Source: Adineta vaga (taxonomy: Eukaryota > Animalia > Rotifera). From it: DNA of 64,000 nt. The DNA is taken from NCBI GenBank assembly GCA_021613535.1, contig CP075494.1, positions 8,122,001 to 8,186,000 on the forward strand, written 5' to 3'. This document shows positions 26,074 through 39,342 of the stretch, piece after piece. Position 1 is the stretch's first letter. Every line of letters starts with the position of its first letter. Both the position numbers and the translations under genes were made by a program. Under the pieces are notes generated by a model that searched no databases, had not been told where the DNA came from, and saw nothing but the letters and a program-made list of their open reading frames with translations.

Positions 26074-27108
26074 TTACACTCTCAATTGTCTCTCTGTTTG
26101 TAAAATCGATAAATTTGTCGCTGCATCAAATGGTGCTCCATGAATTTGTCCTGTTCTCCATCCACCTTTTCTTGAACCACTCAAACCTTCTTCTAAATAA
26201 TCAAGATCATAATCATAACCATGTTCAGCATCGACTCTTGGCAATGGAATATGATTGAAACGATAATCCCACACACTTGCATACTGAAAACGATATGATC
26301 CAAATGCAAACATTGTACCAATAGTGGCACCAGCTAAAATATCGTACCAATGATGATAATGATCAATCGTTAATGAAGCAGCAATAAGAACAGCACCAAG
26401 GAGTGGAGCATAGAAAAGAACTAGTTTCCAATACTGAGGACGATAATTAGCAAAGATCTTCAATTTTCCATTCAAATATAAGGAACAATAAAGTAGACCA
26501 GCAAATGCTGCTGTTGAATGTCCTGATGGCATGGATTCTAAAGCATCATTTATTTCTTTCTCGTCACCTGTACATATGGATCGATCAAACAATAGACCAC
26601 TAAAACCTTGTCCTGTACCAACACTAGATGCATTAATATTTGGCTTGCATACAGAAAGAAAATGTGGTCTTAAACCTCCAATTAACCATTTAATAAATAC
26701 TTGAAAAACAGCAGCAGATATCAATGAAAATAGTAAACCCATAATTGCCGTATTAACATCATTAAAACTTCGTACACGTATTTGCATCAACATGATAAAT
26801 ATGAATGGAACAATAAATGCTAATAGAGCAGCTAACCATATAGGTATAATATCTTTGCGAAATGGATAAGTAAATTCTGGATAAACAATTTCACCGTTAC
26901 TGAAATAAACAGGAAAAACACGATCAGGTGCAGGTCGTAGAAAATAGATACCAAGTCCAAGGCCACCTAATACTGCCATTAGTAAATAATCCATCCAAAA
27001 TGTTCGAAGATACACTAGAGGTGTCATTACTTCTCGTCGATGTTCAGGAGGATTTTTCTGAACAGGATTTGTACCTGGCGACTGCATAACAAGATTAGTG
27101 TTCATCAT
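26074..27108 (-). CDS. PAP2 lipid phosphate phosphatase, fungal-like, tandem copy B, intronless
   Basis: Same three catalytic motifs; ATG at 27108 (MMNTNL) is equivalent to the copy A start. Confidence 0.92.
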   Translation of the reverse strand: MMNTNLVMQSPGTNPVQKNPPEHRREVMTPLVYLRTFWMDYLLMAVLGGLGLGIYFLRPAPDRVFPVYFSNGEIVYPEFTYPFRKDIIPIWLAALLAFIVPFIFIMLMQIRVRSFNDVNTAIMGLLFSLISAAVFQVFIKWLIGGLRPHFLSVCKPNINASSVGTGQGFSGLLFDRSICTGDEKEINDALESMPSGHSTAAFAGLLYCSLYLNGKLKIFANYRPQYWKLVLFYAPLLGAVLIAASLTIDHYHHWYDILAGATIGTMFAFGSYRFQYASVWDYRFNHIPLPRVDAEHGYDYDLDYLEEGLSGSRKGGWRTGQIHGAPFDAATNLSILQTERQLRV

Positions 27109-27639
27109 TTTCTCGAGTGCAAACAGGGATCTATAAAGTAAAAAGTGTGTGTCACTGTTAACGACAACACGCAGAAAAAGAAAAAAAAATGTCCTATAGA
27201 GTTTGTTCTCACGTAGAAGAATCAAAAGAAAATTCGTCTGTTCTGTTTTATTTTGTCAACATAAAATCATCATAGGTTACATAGTAAAATGAAAGAGATG
27301 AAATCAAATCCTTTTCTTTCAATTTGGGTTCTTTCTTTCTACAACATATGATAAATTGATGTCCTTTTCTTTAGTTCTAAATTCTAAAGAAAGAAATCAT
27401 TATATCATCGTTTGAACAAATATTTGATATCAAAAAGACAATGATCTAATATGAATCTTTATGTTTCTTTTTTATTTATTAAGAATAAACATTCTTTAAT
27501 TTAAATATTAATAATCGAAGAGATCTTATCAATTCCATAGGATGACAGAATAAATTGCATAGAACAAAAAAACAAAACAATTATCTATGATCGAAAACAA
27601 AATGCTATACTGAATTTATCCTCATTTCCATTCATTACA

Positions 27640-27882
27640 ATGGCAAATGTTTCATACCTTAGTCTTCTATCCGATTGGTTTCGTGTTCATATTCCAATTC
27701 CAATTAAAACAAATTCAATGACTAAACATCGAACAGGTTATGCTGCAGCTTATCCAAAAATGAAATTACATCATCGTCGACAATGTTCATGTTTTTCATT
27801 TTGTCATCAATCGAAGAGAAATATGTCAATACGAGGATGTGCAAGTTTTGCTCGATCTGGTCGATATCCGAAGGTGATGTAG
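27640..27882 (+). CDS. Small basic orphan protein (80 aa)
   Basis: ATG-initiated ORF with codon style like neighbouring genes; HHRRQCSCFSFCH motif; no family recognised. Confidence 0.45.
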   Translation: MANVSYLSLLSDWFRVHIPIPIKTNSMTKHRTGYAAAYPKMKLHHRRQCSCFSFCHQSKRNMSIRGCASFARSGRYPKVM

Positions 27883-28341
27883 ATGAAGCTTGTTAATATT
27901 TGAAAAAGAAAAATTCAACACTAATTTATATTCTAATCTTCTTTTCTTCGATGTCGATCATGTAATAAATATTCTTTCAAATAAAACAGTTCATTGTCAA
28001 AATCAATGAACGATGATAGACAAGACTTTTCTTTCAATAGTGAACGATTAGAAAGATCTACACATATTCAGTATTATATTTTTCGTCGATGTGCAATAAC
28101 AAATGAAAAAGAAAACAATAGACGTGCTCGAGAAGAAAAAACAGAAGAAATAAACTATACATAGAAGCTCATTTGAGAATGAAATTAACACTTGAATAAG
28201 TGAACGAAATGCATAGAAATAAACGAAAGGTGAATTAAATATTTATTCACAACATATATAATGAGAAAGAATGGAAAGACTTATGGGCAGAAAAATGATG
28301 GTATACTTGAAAAAAGTGAATGATAGGTGTTTAATGAACAA

Positions 28342-28946
28342 TTATAATCTGGTTATTGTTACTTCAGATTCATCGGATTTAGTTTCATCAGAAACAGTGA
28401 TGGTTGGTATAGAAGTTGATTGGTAATGAACAACGAATGAGTTTTTTGGATATTGATTATCTAGTTCTTTAATCGAATTGTTTGATTCATTTTGATTTCG
28501 ATTTATATGATCTAAGAAATAAAAGATGTTAATATAATTCATGAAATTTTTGAAATAATATTACCACTTTTTCGTAATAATATCGGTGTTAAAAAACCTT
28601 TGATCGTTCCATGATTATTATCATGATTGTGATGAAATCCTAACAATCGTGTTTTCCAACGATGTTTATGACTATTTGATGTTGATGTTGATGTTGTTAG
28701 ATGAGATACACTTTGTTTATCATATTTTTCATCTTCAGTTTGAATATATCCTAATGCATAATACGATTTAAATAAATGAAGACTTGTATCAAAAAAGCGA
28801 GAATCATTTGTAAAAATTGATTGAAAATGTTCACGATTTTCATAGAGATTATTTGATGAATTAACAGCAAGGTCATCTGGCGAAATAGTTGTCATTGTTG
28901 CTGTTGATGCCGATGAACCAATACTAATCGAACGTGACATAGACAT
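28342..28946 (-). CDS. Ser/Thr-rich hypothetical protein, 2 exons
   Basis: ORF 28946-28566 joined by a short GT-AG intron to HINRNQNES...IPTITVSDE...EVTITRL*. Confidence 0.6.
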
Positions 28947-30489
28947 TATACTATTTAATATTATTATGAAAATACAATAAATTCTTCGTTAAATACAGAT
29001 GATTCATAATATCTATTCATCAGATCATTTCGGTTATTCTTATTGACGAATTTATATTCAAATCCGTAGTTTATTCCAATTAAAATGTGATATGTACATG
29101 TGCACCTATTACCTGACAGGTATTCTAGATGACGCTATTAGACACTTCAATAGTTCTACAAAAAAGAAATGACACATTACAAATCGATTTTTGTATTGTT
29201 CCCCGAAATCCTCCTATGATCATCAAAAACATATACCTTTCAACTTCAATGGAATATTTGATCAAATGAAAACAAATGTTTGTTTTTTTACAATTAATAA
29301 AATTGAATTCTAATCTCAATATCATAGACATAACTTACTCTTCAAACAATCGTTATGTAATTGATACGATATATGATGTATACAGGATGAAATCCTATTG
29401 TTTATATTTCTACTGATTCAAAGTAAGAATTAATCTTCTTAAGGTTTGTATAATGATATTATTTTTGATTATATTTGTCAATTGAAATCATCTTATATAA
29501 GTTGAATTCATTCTTACTTATTAATGAGTAATATATTTTTTTATTTCGAGACGATTTGATTGCAACAACTTCACGCATTCATCATCATCATATGTATTCA
29601 GTGATTAATCTTAGATGACTTCATCATAATATACTTATTTCTTTTTCTTTTCTCTAAAAAAAGACTTCAACATGATCGATATTAGAATCATTGATTGAAC
29701 ATATTCTCTTCTTTTCTCTCATACAATTGACACAAATAAGTAGGTAAGTGCATATGTATATTCTCTCCTTCTCTCTATGCTTGTCTATTCATTAATTGAT
29801 AATGATTTTCGAAAGGACATTTCTGCTAAGATGATCATATCTAACAATGTATATACTAGACTACCCATGTCGATTATTATTATCATCGTCATTAAATTCT
29901 TTTTTTCTTTTTGCACATTGATAAAAACGAAATATATGTGAGGATTACTTTATACAAATAGAAATCAAAGTATGTATCAGGATTCTTTTAAGCAATTTTG
30001 TTGATGAACAATCGTTCTCTTTCGTTTTTAATGAGCTTTTTTTCTTCTTCGTATTGTAACAAATGAAGCATATAAATAGTAGACAATATATGATGAATAC
30101 CAGATGAAATTGACTTAAGACGATTAGAAACATCCAATGACAATCTGTTTTATTTTGCATAAAATCACCTTTTAAACTTTATTCAAAGGTCATTTATAAA
30201 ATAAAAAGAGAAAACTTTTTTTCTTCATTTCTTCGACCTGTTCATTTGAATTACACTTCAATGATGTAATCATCGTTCACCCTCATCCAATACACACCAG
30301 GTTGGAAGTCATTCGACTTCCTGCGGTTAAGTTGTTGTCGTTTCTTTTTTTTCTTCTAAATATTTGCAAGAGAGTAATTCACTTAATGATTATGTATTTC
30401 ATTGAACAGTTTAATTGCATGAATGTGATGTAAGCATGTTTCAATGGTAATATTCATTTTAGATGTTAAAAATTCGTACAAGATTGAAA

Positions 30490-32554
30490 ATGTTTTCATA
30501 TGTACTTATTTTTTGTCAGTTATTTATTATCAATGCAAATGTTCAAGTATGTAATGGTCCATTAGGAATGATTAATGGAGAAATACGTGATTGGCAAATA
30601 ACAGCATCATCAACACTACCAGATTATGATTGTCATGAGAAGCATGCACGATTATATCAATCATCGAATCGTGCTTGGTGTGCTCGACAGAAATCTGATT
30701 CCGAATGGTTACAAATTGATTTGGGAATATCTGCAAAAGTAAATTTAAAAATAATATTTTCCCTATAAAAAAATTTCTATTCATGGTAGATATCAGGTGT
30801 ATTAACACAAGGTCGAGCAAATAAAGACGAATATGTAACGTCATTTATGATATCATACAGTACAGATGCATATCGTTGGCAATATCTTGTTGATCAATAT
30901 GGAAATCAAAAGGTTTTGTATTTCAATAGATATGTATAGATTGTTTTAATTCGAATTTTACTTCTAGATATTTTCGGCAAATACAGATCCATATTCAGTT
31001 CATAATAATTACTTTGATGAACCTATTATGACGCGTTTCATTAAATTTCATCCTATGGAATGGTATTCACATCCATCTTTACGTGTGGAAATTATCGGTT
31101 GTCAAGGTTTTTATTAATCATATTTTCTCTTCTCTTTTCTATTGTTTTTGAATTGATTTTTTGTAGAATGTAAACAATATTTGGGTTTACCACCTTATGG
31201 TAAAATCAGTGCATCGACAACATGGCCATCTCGTCATCGAGCTACATGTCAAGCAGAAGATGGATATCTTCTTACTAATAAAGGATGGTGTTCAAAGAAG
31301 AAATATAGTTTGTTCTCGAAGATATTTGATCTTTTATACAGTCATAATTTTGATTATTTAGAACATGATCAATGGTTAGAATTTGATTTGGGACATCCAT
31401 CAACGGTGACATCTTTAATAACCAGAGGTCGAGCAGATACTAATCAAGAACAATGGGTTACCAAATATCGAGTTTCATTTTCGAATGATTCTCGTCTATG
31501 GATTTATTATAAAGATAAACTACAAAGTGAACCGAAGGTAAATCTTGCTTTTTATAAATACATCTCTGCAATACGTAAGTGTTTCATGAAGAATGAAGAT
31601 GAAACTTCAAAATGAAGGACGTTCAATCGAACACTTGAAGTCGAAATGACTATACTTGAACAAATTGAAAATTTCTTTTTTTGCAATTCAAATCTAGGAA
31701 TTTGCTGGAAATAATGATCCTGACAGTGAACGTATTCATTTTTTAAATGAACCATTCTTTGCTCGACATGTTCGAATTCATCCAACTGATTGGCATAATC
31801 ATGTCAGTATGCGTGCAGGAATTCTTGGATGTCCACATCAAGGCAATTGTTTTCCAGGATATTTTCGTGTAAATAATGAAGCACAATGTGGTATGTTGGA
31901 GTAAAGGAAGTATAATATAATATTTTTCTCTCGTTTCTAGTGGAAAATTTACTTATGGAAAACGAACATGGACAAATGATCGAAATCGTTATCGACGAAA
32001 AAATTTAATAAATGAAATTCAATATCGTAGTACACGAGAAACGAATGGTGATTCATCATTAGCTGTCGATGGTATTGAAGAACCATTGGAGTGGTCTAAA
32101 TGTGCAACTATCGATAATTATTTTGTGGAAAAACCTGTATGGATGGTTGATTTAGGTCGACGAAAGAATATTGCTGGTGTTATGATAAGAACATGGCATG
32201 ATGATAAAGGTATAAGAAAAGAAGAACTAACGGTATAAAATTCAAAGAAATATTTTTTATATTTATATAGAATCAAATGGATCTGCATCAATCTATCGAG
32301 ATTATTTAGTAAATTTAAATCAATATAATGTTTATGTGGATCATTATCCACGTCGATATCGTTTTAAAAATACTAGTTTATGTTCATCGATCAAACGTAC
32401 AGATCAAACATTAACATCATTATCTCGTCTACATTTTCAATGTCAACATTCATTACATGGTCGTTTTGTCTATATCGAAGCTGATGGTGTTAGTAGCCGA
32501 TGGAATAAATTATTTACTGCGGTTTTGTGTGAAGTATTCGTTTATGAGCAGTAG
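30490..32554 (+). CDS. Secreted discoidin protein: two F5/8 type C domains plus a C-terminal F-type-lectin-like domain, multi-exon
   Basis: Signal peptide; CNGPLGMINGEIRDWQITASS, EWLQIDLG, GVLTQGR, LRVEIIGC; second repeat QWLEFDLG..TRGR..WVTKYRVSFS..MRAGILGC; then SLAVDG..PVWMVDLG..GRFVYIE..LCEVFVY. Confidence 0.85.
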
Positions 32555-32984
32555 ATTGAATTCTATGGACATTTTGTATTTGTTTATCTGTCAGATTCAT
32601 TGTTTTTCTTTTGTTTATATAATTGTCTTGCAGTAGAATTGTATGGTCGATTGAAATCATATCATATGAATAAATGATTAGAGAAGCTAATATAATTGTT
32701 AATTTTGTGTGCTGATTTCATAAAAATTCATGTTGAATGATCATCGATAATATAAATAAAACAATCGAGTGAATTGTATAGATTTTGAATCGACACTATG
32801 ACAATCGTATGCATATTTCACCTTACATCTTGAAATGAAACATATGAAGAGAAAACGAAGCAATAAATAACAAATTTTTTTGCATTATGAGCTACTCTGT
32901 CATAGAATTGGTTGGCAAAAAAAAGTACAAGAAAAGAAAAAAAATTCCTTCGTTTCGTTATTAAATATACTTTATTCTGACAGA

Positions 32985-34785
32985 ATGTTTGTTCGCGCAA
33001 CCAAGCATCGCAGCCTTCTGTTTCTAACTCTTCTTAGTGCAGTTACTTTTGCAGTTATAAAACGACTTCTATCTTCGTCGGAATTTAATCTGGAAAATCA
33101 TGAAACGAAATTATTTTTACACAGATATTCTTCTAATTATTTTATATCACCAATACATAATGAACTTCTTCAACTAACGTTTCCTGTACCTAGGTTAGTC
33201 AATCAATTGTTATTTAATCTTTACATATTGTTCACGATATAAAATGCGAAATTCATCGTTAATTTCAAAGATATATCCATCATTTTAAATGTAATCTCTT
33301 TCAATTTTTAGAATTTCTCCAAGTGAAATTGTTAAACCATTGTCACTGCGTGAATATGTGACTAAACCTTTATCTTATGATGAAACTGTATTTCGTCAAG
33401 CTTCTTTTCCAATCTTATGGTTAGATAGACAATATGACGTTCGTTGGAATCAAGCTGCTGAACGACAAATGCTTGCTTATCTAACAGAAAAACAATTTCC
33501 TAATGTTGAAAAATCATCGTCGAATGATTTTAATATTTCAAATATCTGTCGTGGACGATCATTGTTCTTTCTACATCAACATTTATCAGGATTTTTCAGC
33601 CGTGTACTTTGTTTTATTGCTCAATTCGGTCAAACTCTTTATACACCACGTATTGGTGTACTTGGCGGTTCATCATTTATGGTTGGCCGTGGTCAACATG
33701 ATGATTTCCTTGGTCAAGGTATTCTACGATATTTCCTTCCGTTTTCAATCTGTTCAGCATATATGTATCATCGAAATATAAGCGAAATCAGAGCGATTGT
33801 TGAACAATCATTACATCAACATCAAATAATTCGCAGTGAGGATTTACATTCACATGGCAATGATGAAAATAATCATGTTTTATCTTCAAGAGAATATTGG
33901 AAATTAGATTATCATCATGTCCCTATACGAAAATGGTTATTTGATCGGAAGAAATCGGATGTTAAATATGGATCTTCAATTGAGATTCTATCCAATCATT
34001 CTGATGAACATATTTACGCACCAGGAAATGCAGAAAATGTAACTATTGGAGATTGGATTCATCGAAATAAGCCCGATGCATTTTCTTCAGATCTTTTACC
34101 GAATCGTGGCAAATATGTTCTAACTTGGAAAGATTATGTATTCGGATCTTTTCTTCGTTATATGTTTGTACTATATTTCACTTCACAAAATGCACCACGC
34201 ATCGAAGTAACTCGTCGAATTCTAGCTGAATATTGGTCAAACTTTTTAATTGATAAATATTCTTTACCTAAAACTAAAACAGTGGATCCTTTCGATGATC
34301 TTGCTGGATTATATATCCGTCGAGGGGATAAATCAACTGAAGATACATTTTGGCATAAACATCGTCGATGGCGTAATATTTCCTATTATGTCAAAGGACT
34401 TGTGGATGAAGAAAATCAACGAAAAACAAAATTTAAATCAATTTTTGTTATGACAGACGATGCTTCTGTAATGCAATCATTGATTGATTATTCGAATCCA
34501 CAATCGAAGGGAACTGATGAACCATATGCTCGTGAACATTTGACAAACCGAAATATTCTCTATAATGTCTTAGCTCCGCAAACATGTTTTGATCCATTTC
34601 ATCGTAATGGTTTTGATCAATTTCTTGTTAGTATGAGATTTCTTATCGAATATTCAAGATTTACTATTGGTCATACTGATTCAAATGTTTTTCGATTCTT
34701 TCGAGAAGTTATCTATGCTCAAAGACAACACCATCAACATATACAATCGTTTACATTTGCTAAAAATGCGCCTGATTCTTTATAA
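32985..34785 (+). CDS. Type II membrane alpha-1,6-fucosyltransferase-like glycosyltransferase (GT23/NodZ-like), 2 exons
   Basis: N-terminal signal-anchor; motifs GLYIRRGDKSTE, IFVMTDD, IGHTDSNVFR. Confidence 0.75.
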
Positions 34786-35625
34786 AATGTTCAATCTATT
34801 CTCAACCATTACTTCATTCAACGATCATTTGTCTACTTTACATGCAGGAAGACGGATCTTTCTAATAAATATATTCTTATCATAATGTTAAATAAGTAAA
34901 TATTTACTCATCATCATCATCATTGTATGATTGACAAAATAAAATATTAGTTATTGTTGTTGTTTTTAATAATATTGAACCAGTTGGTAACTGATTAATG
35001 CGAAACAATAAAAGTTTCCAATGAAATTTAGTTATTTTTAAAATTCTATTAACAATAAAAGTGTCATTCTCTTCATCAAAAGTTCATAGCAAATATATAT
35101 TTGAAACGATTCTTATTGCTTACAAAAGAAGCTTTTCCGCTTGTCAAATACTTTTTTTTTTATAATAATGTTAAGAAAAATATTTTCTTTTTTATCAATG
35201 TACGTCAATAATTTCTATTCAATCAGTTTACTGAAGAGTTTAATCGATACATTCGATATGTATACATCACTACGCAAGTAATTATTACCATATTATTTTC
35301 TTATTTGTTCGTTTCTCACGTTATCTTCATCATCTACATTGAATTCTTTCGTGAATAACTATTCGATCATTGAAATTAAATATTTTTTTCTTTCTTTCTC
35401 TCTTTCTTTTTTTTTATGTTGATTGACTTACAGCGCTTTTATATCGTTAACATGCAAATATACTTCTGACGTCGAATAACACTAGTGTGCGTTTTTTCTT
35501 TACCTGTTGACGAGGAGAAGAAAAAACTCACATATGACAAAATACAATACCGACTAATATGTCAATATAAGCTCAATAGCAACCAGTATTTTTTTGGAAA
35601 AAACACGACATTGTTTGACATAAAT

Positions 35626-37032
35626 ATGGCTTTTTCATTGAAAAAACGTTCTCGATCAAAATCTCAAGTAAGTTCAATAGTAGATGAAGTTCAATCGAAT
35701 TTCTGTTTAGACCATTTTAGTTAACGGTGAACGAAATAAATCATTAGGTGAAATTCTTCATCGTTCAACAAAAACGAAAAAAAACGATAAGAATCTCATA
35801 CCGCCAAAAGAAACACTTTCTCCACCGAGTGATGATATTCAAATAAAAACTCCATTGTCAACACATGAGAAGCCAATTCTTTATCGAACACGTTGCCCTT
35901 GTGAAACACATCATGAAAAAGAATTACTCGAACAAAATTATGAAATAAATGTTGATAAATTATTTGATTTAATCTTTGGTTCAAATGAATTCGTTCGAAC
36001 TTATCGACAAGCTCAACGATTCTATGGTAAATTTCTTTTCAAAACTAATTTCTACGTTCTTTTATTTTGTTTCTCTGATTTAGATGATACAGCTACTGAA
36101 TGGACAAAAAATCCGATTACAAATTATCGAGAACGAATATTAAATTATAAAGTGCCCTATGAATCCACTTTCATTGGTAAAGGTACTATTTCTACTCGAG
36201 AAACACAAGTACGATGTGTATATTATTTTTTTGTCTTACACTCAATTGAAAATTGTGTTTTAGATACTTTTTCATGAAGTTCCCGGTTCTCATTATATGG
36301 TCGAAACGAAAGTATCTAATGAAGGTGTAAAATTTAGTGACACATTTTCGTTAACAATTCGTTTTTGTCTTGTTCAAACGTCATTAACGATAACGAATCT
36401 GTGTGTAACTGCTCAAATTGCTTATAGTAAAGCCGTAATAGGATTTATTAAACGTTTGTATTTTGACATCCGAGTTCTTTTGCCTAAAAAGAAACCCATC
36501 GATGTATTTTTAGAACTGATCGAACGAAATGCATATTCTGCATCATTAGAAGGATTAAAAGATCTAAGTAAGGAAAAAGAAATATGTTTTGAATGAAAAT
36601 AAAATAATGTATTGTATTTGATTATAGATAATCGTTTAAATCTTATCTCGAATTTTAAAATGGGTAATGAAAAATGAATTTTTGTATCTTTATTGAAATA
36701 TTTTAGAACGACGTTTGAGTCGAAGTGAAATCATATTAACAGTACCAACAATTGAACCTGTCCGTCGAATGAGTCAACCAAAAGTTCTTAGTCTCAACCA
36801 AACAGTATCTATTCAAACTGATATACAAGCTCGATTCATCGATTCAGATAATATCATGTATTTTGTGATCTTCTTGTAAGAATTTAACAAAAACGTCTTC
36901 TAACTCTTCAGATAGAATTTATGTTTCTTTTCTAGACTTGGATTTTTGCTCCTCATGCATTTATATCTATGTATAAAGCTCAAACATATGGTTTTTATTG
37001 TGGATAATTTGGCTCGTCTATCAAATCTATAA
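35626..37032 (+). CDS. VASt (StART-like, Aster/GRAMD1-type) domain protein with C-terminal TM, multi-exon
   Basis: YEINVDKLFDLIFGSNEF, W..N..RERILNY, YMVETKVSNEGVKFSDTFSLTIRFCL, IKQLIERN; C-terminal hydrophobic helix followed by HLYLCIKL. Confidence 0.8.
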
Positions 37033-39168
37033 ACAAAACTTTTCTTGTTTTTTTTTAAAATATTTATTTGATAAAAAGAAATTGACTTTTCATTGTCAAG
37101 AATGGTTAATATCATTGAAAAAAACAACAACTAACATGATGTATTTACTTCAAAATGAAATCATAATTTCATTACACATCATATTTTTTATTCTCTCAAG
37201 CATATAGCGGAAAGATTATTTTCAGTGCACTATATTTATTTCAACCATGTGTCAAGAATAATTTCCTTCCCCATTGACATGTTTTGTCTAAGTAAAACAT
37301 GACACTTCGTAGATTTCCAAATAGATATGAAATTGTAAACGATATTCTATAAAAGAAACAAGCAAAGATTATTAAATGTTAAAAGATTTCCTGATTCAAA
37401 GTGTACTCATATTATGAAGCTTTGCAATGAGATGAATTTTAATAAAACTTTACAAGAGATCTGTTCTTACTCTCACCTTCACACAGTCAAAATCTGATAT
37501 ATAATATAAATTCTTTTGAAAAATTCAAGTATGATATTCTTTTCTAATTTCCGCTTGGACTTCCTATATGGATTATTCGTACTGAAGAAAGTAAAACAAA
37601 ATATAAACACAATGCCGCAGCACATAATAAATCCAAACATTGATGTCATCTTTAGGAACAATTTATTAAAATAGAATTCTAATCGTTAATAACAAATGTA
37701 ATATGATTAAATTCCAACATGGAAAATGATCTTTCATGCTGTGAACAATGAAGAAACATCAGAATATATTCATATTTATAAAAGAAACAGATCGTTTTTA
37801 ATGCGCAAGAGATTAAGATGATTTCGTTTGATAACATACATTCGATTAAACAAGAAGAAAACATGTTCTCTTTGTAGTTCTTCAATGGGAATAACATATA
37901 AGTCAACTGAAAAGTTTCATAACACATTCAACTAGATAATCATAAGCTAATATTCATCTAAAATCATTCCACATATCTTATAGAGCATTCAATTTTCTTT
38001 TTTTTTCTGCGGATAGTTCGGAACATAGTAAGGAAGTAATACTCTTTATATCAAATAGTATAAGTAATCTAACTATCGTCAATTGTGTTGTTGAATAATC
38101 GAATAGTACTTAGATATGTCGTTTCTTTTTCTAGTATAAAAGCTTAGAAGATATTATTATTTTTTAAATAGCGCATCATTTGAACTTCATACGTAATGAC
38201 TTGTTTGAATGATTTTTCTTTGTCAATAGATTATTAACGAATTTTATTCGAACATTTCATTATCTGAAAGAATATTTTGATTAGATAAAAGAAGAGAATG
38301 CAGTTATTCAGGAATGTGTAACTTAAGAACTAAATAACTTTAATAGTTGAAGATAAAAAGTATTTCGTTAAGTTCTTTCGACGTGCTTGGATATATTTAT
38401 AAATAAATCAATTGCAAATACTTCAATAAATGAAGGATTAATATTTCGAAATTGGAAGATTTAATGCATACAACTGATGCCTGTTAATTGTTTTGCTGTT
38501 TTTCTCTTCTTCGATTGATATGTGGTTAGTCATTTAGGAAAGAAAAATGTGGTAACAGATTTTTTCTTATTTGTTTTTATAAAAAATGAAAATTTATAGC
38601 GTGTTTAGAAGTTATTGAAAGAAAAAGAAAGACTCTAGTATTATTATCATCAGTGGTAGTAAGAAAATCATAGAGTAGCAATGAAAGAAAGAAAATGATT
38701 AATCGAAAAACAATCTATTGTTGTTTAACTCGGAGATTTATTTTCTTTTCATCTTGGATCGAACTTCTCATCGATTAGATGTCATGTGAGTAGATCTTAT
38801 TTATCATTTTTTTTTCATATAATGAATGTCTTCTCTTTTTACAAAAAAAAAGTAATAAATGATTCTATAAAGTTTTTCTTTTCAGAATTCGAAAAAATAT
38901 ATTACAGCCTCTATACGATAGATATGATAAATTACTATTCATAATGAGTTTTAGTCGGTGACATGTGAGATGACTGACACTCATTTGCTTGATGAATTCT
39001 GTTCTGCTTTCTCCGAACGTTACGATGGTTGAAACATTCTTAGTATGTTTCTTCGCACTAGTAATATGAGTCTCTCTCTCTCTATCATTAAGAGAAAATT
39101 CTCGCCGAGATTTGAAAGAATTTTTCCGTGCTTGTCTCATTGGAAATTTTAGATGTTATTTTGATGGA

Positions 39169-39342
39169 ATGACTGCTGTTAATCAATCTAATAATCAAAC
39201 ATTCACAAATGATTATCGTGGTGATTTCCACATGATCTATAGATGTCTATTGGCTTTGATTATGTTTAGTCTTGCTATTTTGACAATTTTTGGTAATACA
39301 GTAGTTATTTATGCATTACGAACCAATCGTCATTTGAGAACG
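39169..39342 (+). CDS. Alternative first coding exon A (N-terminus and TM1) of the aminergic GPCR
   Basis: MTAVNQSNNQTF...LAILTIFGNTVVIYALRTNRHLRT then GTAATA donor in phase 0, compatible with the acceptor before 41196 (VGNLFILSLASAD). Confidence 0.75.

Noticed and set aside
27109-27225. N-terminal extension of PAP2 copy B in the ORF track
   Set aside because: Non-ATG start in low-complexity 5' UTR; ATG at 27108 matches the paralog
35770-35790. Possible slippery A-run frameshift in the VASt gene
   Set aside because: Counting 8 A's keeps the frame (ACG AAA AAA AAC GAT)
37200-39100. Long gene-free stretch as a possible mobile element
   Set aside because: No terminal repeats or transposase/RT motifs seen by eye; likely GPCR regulatory region
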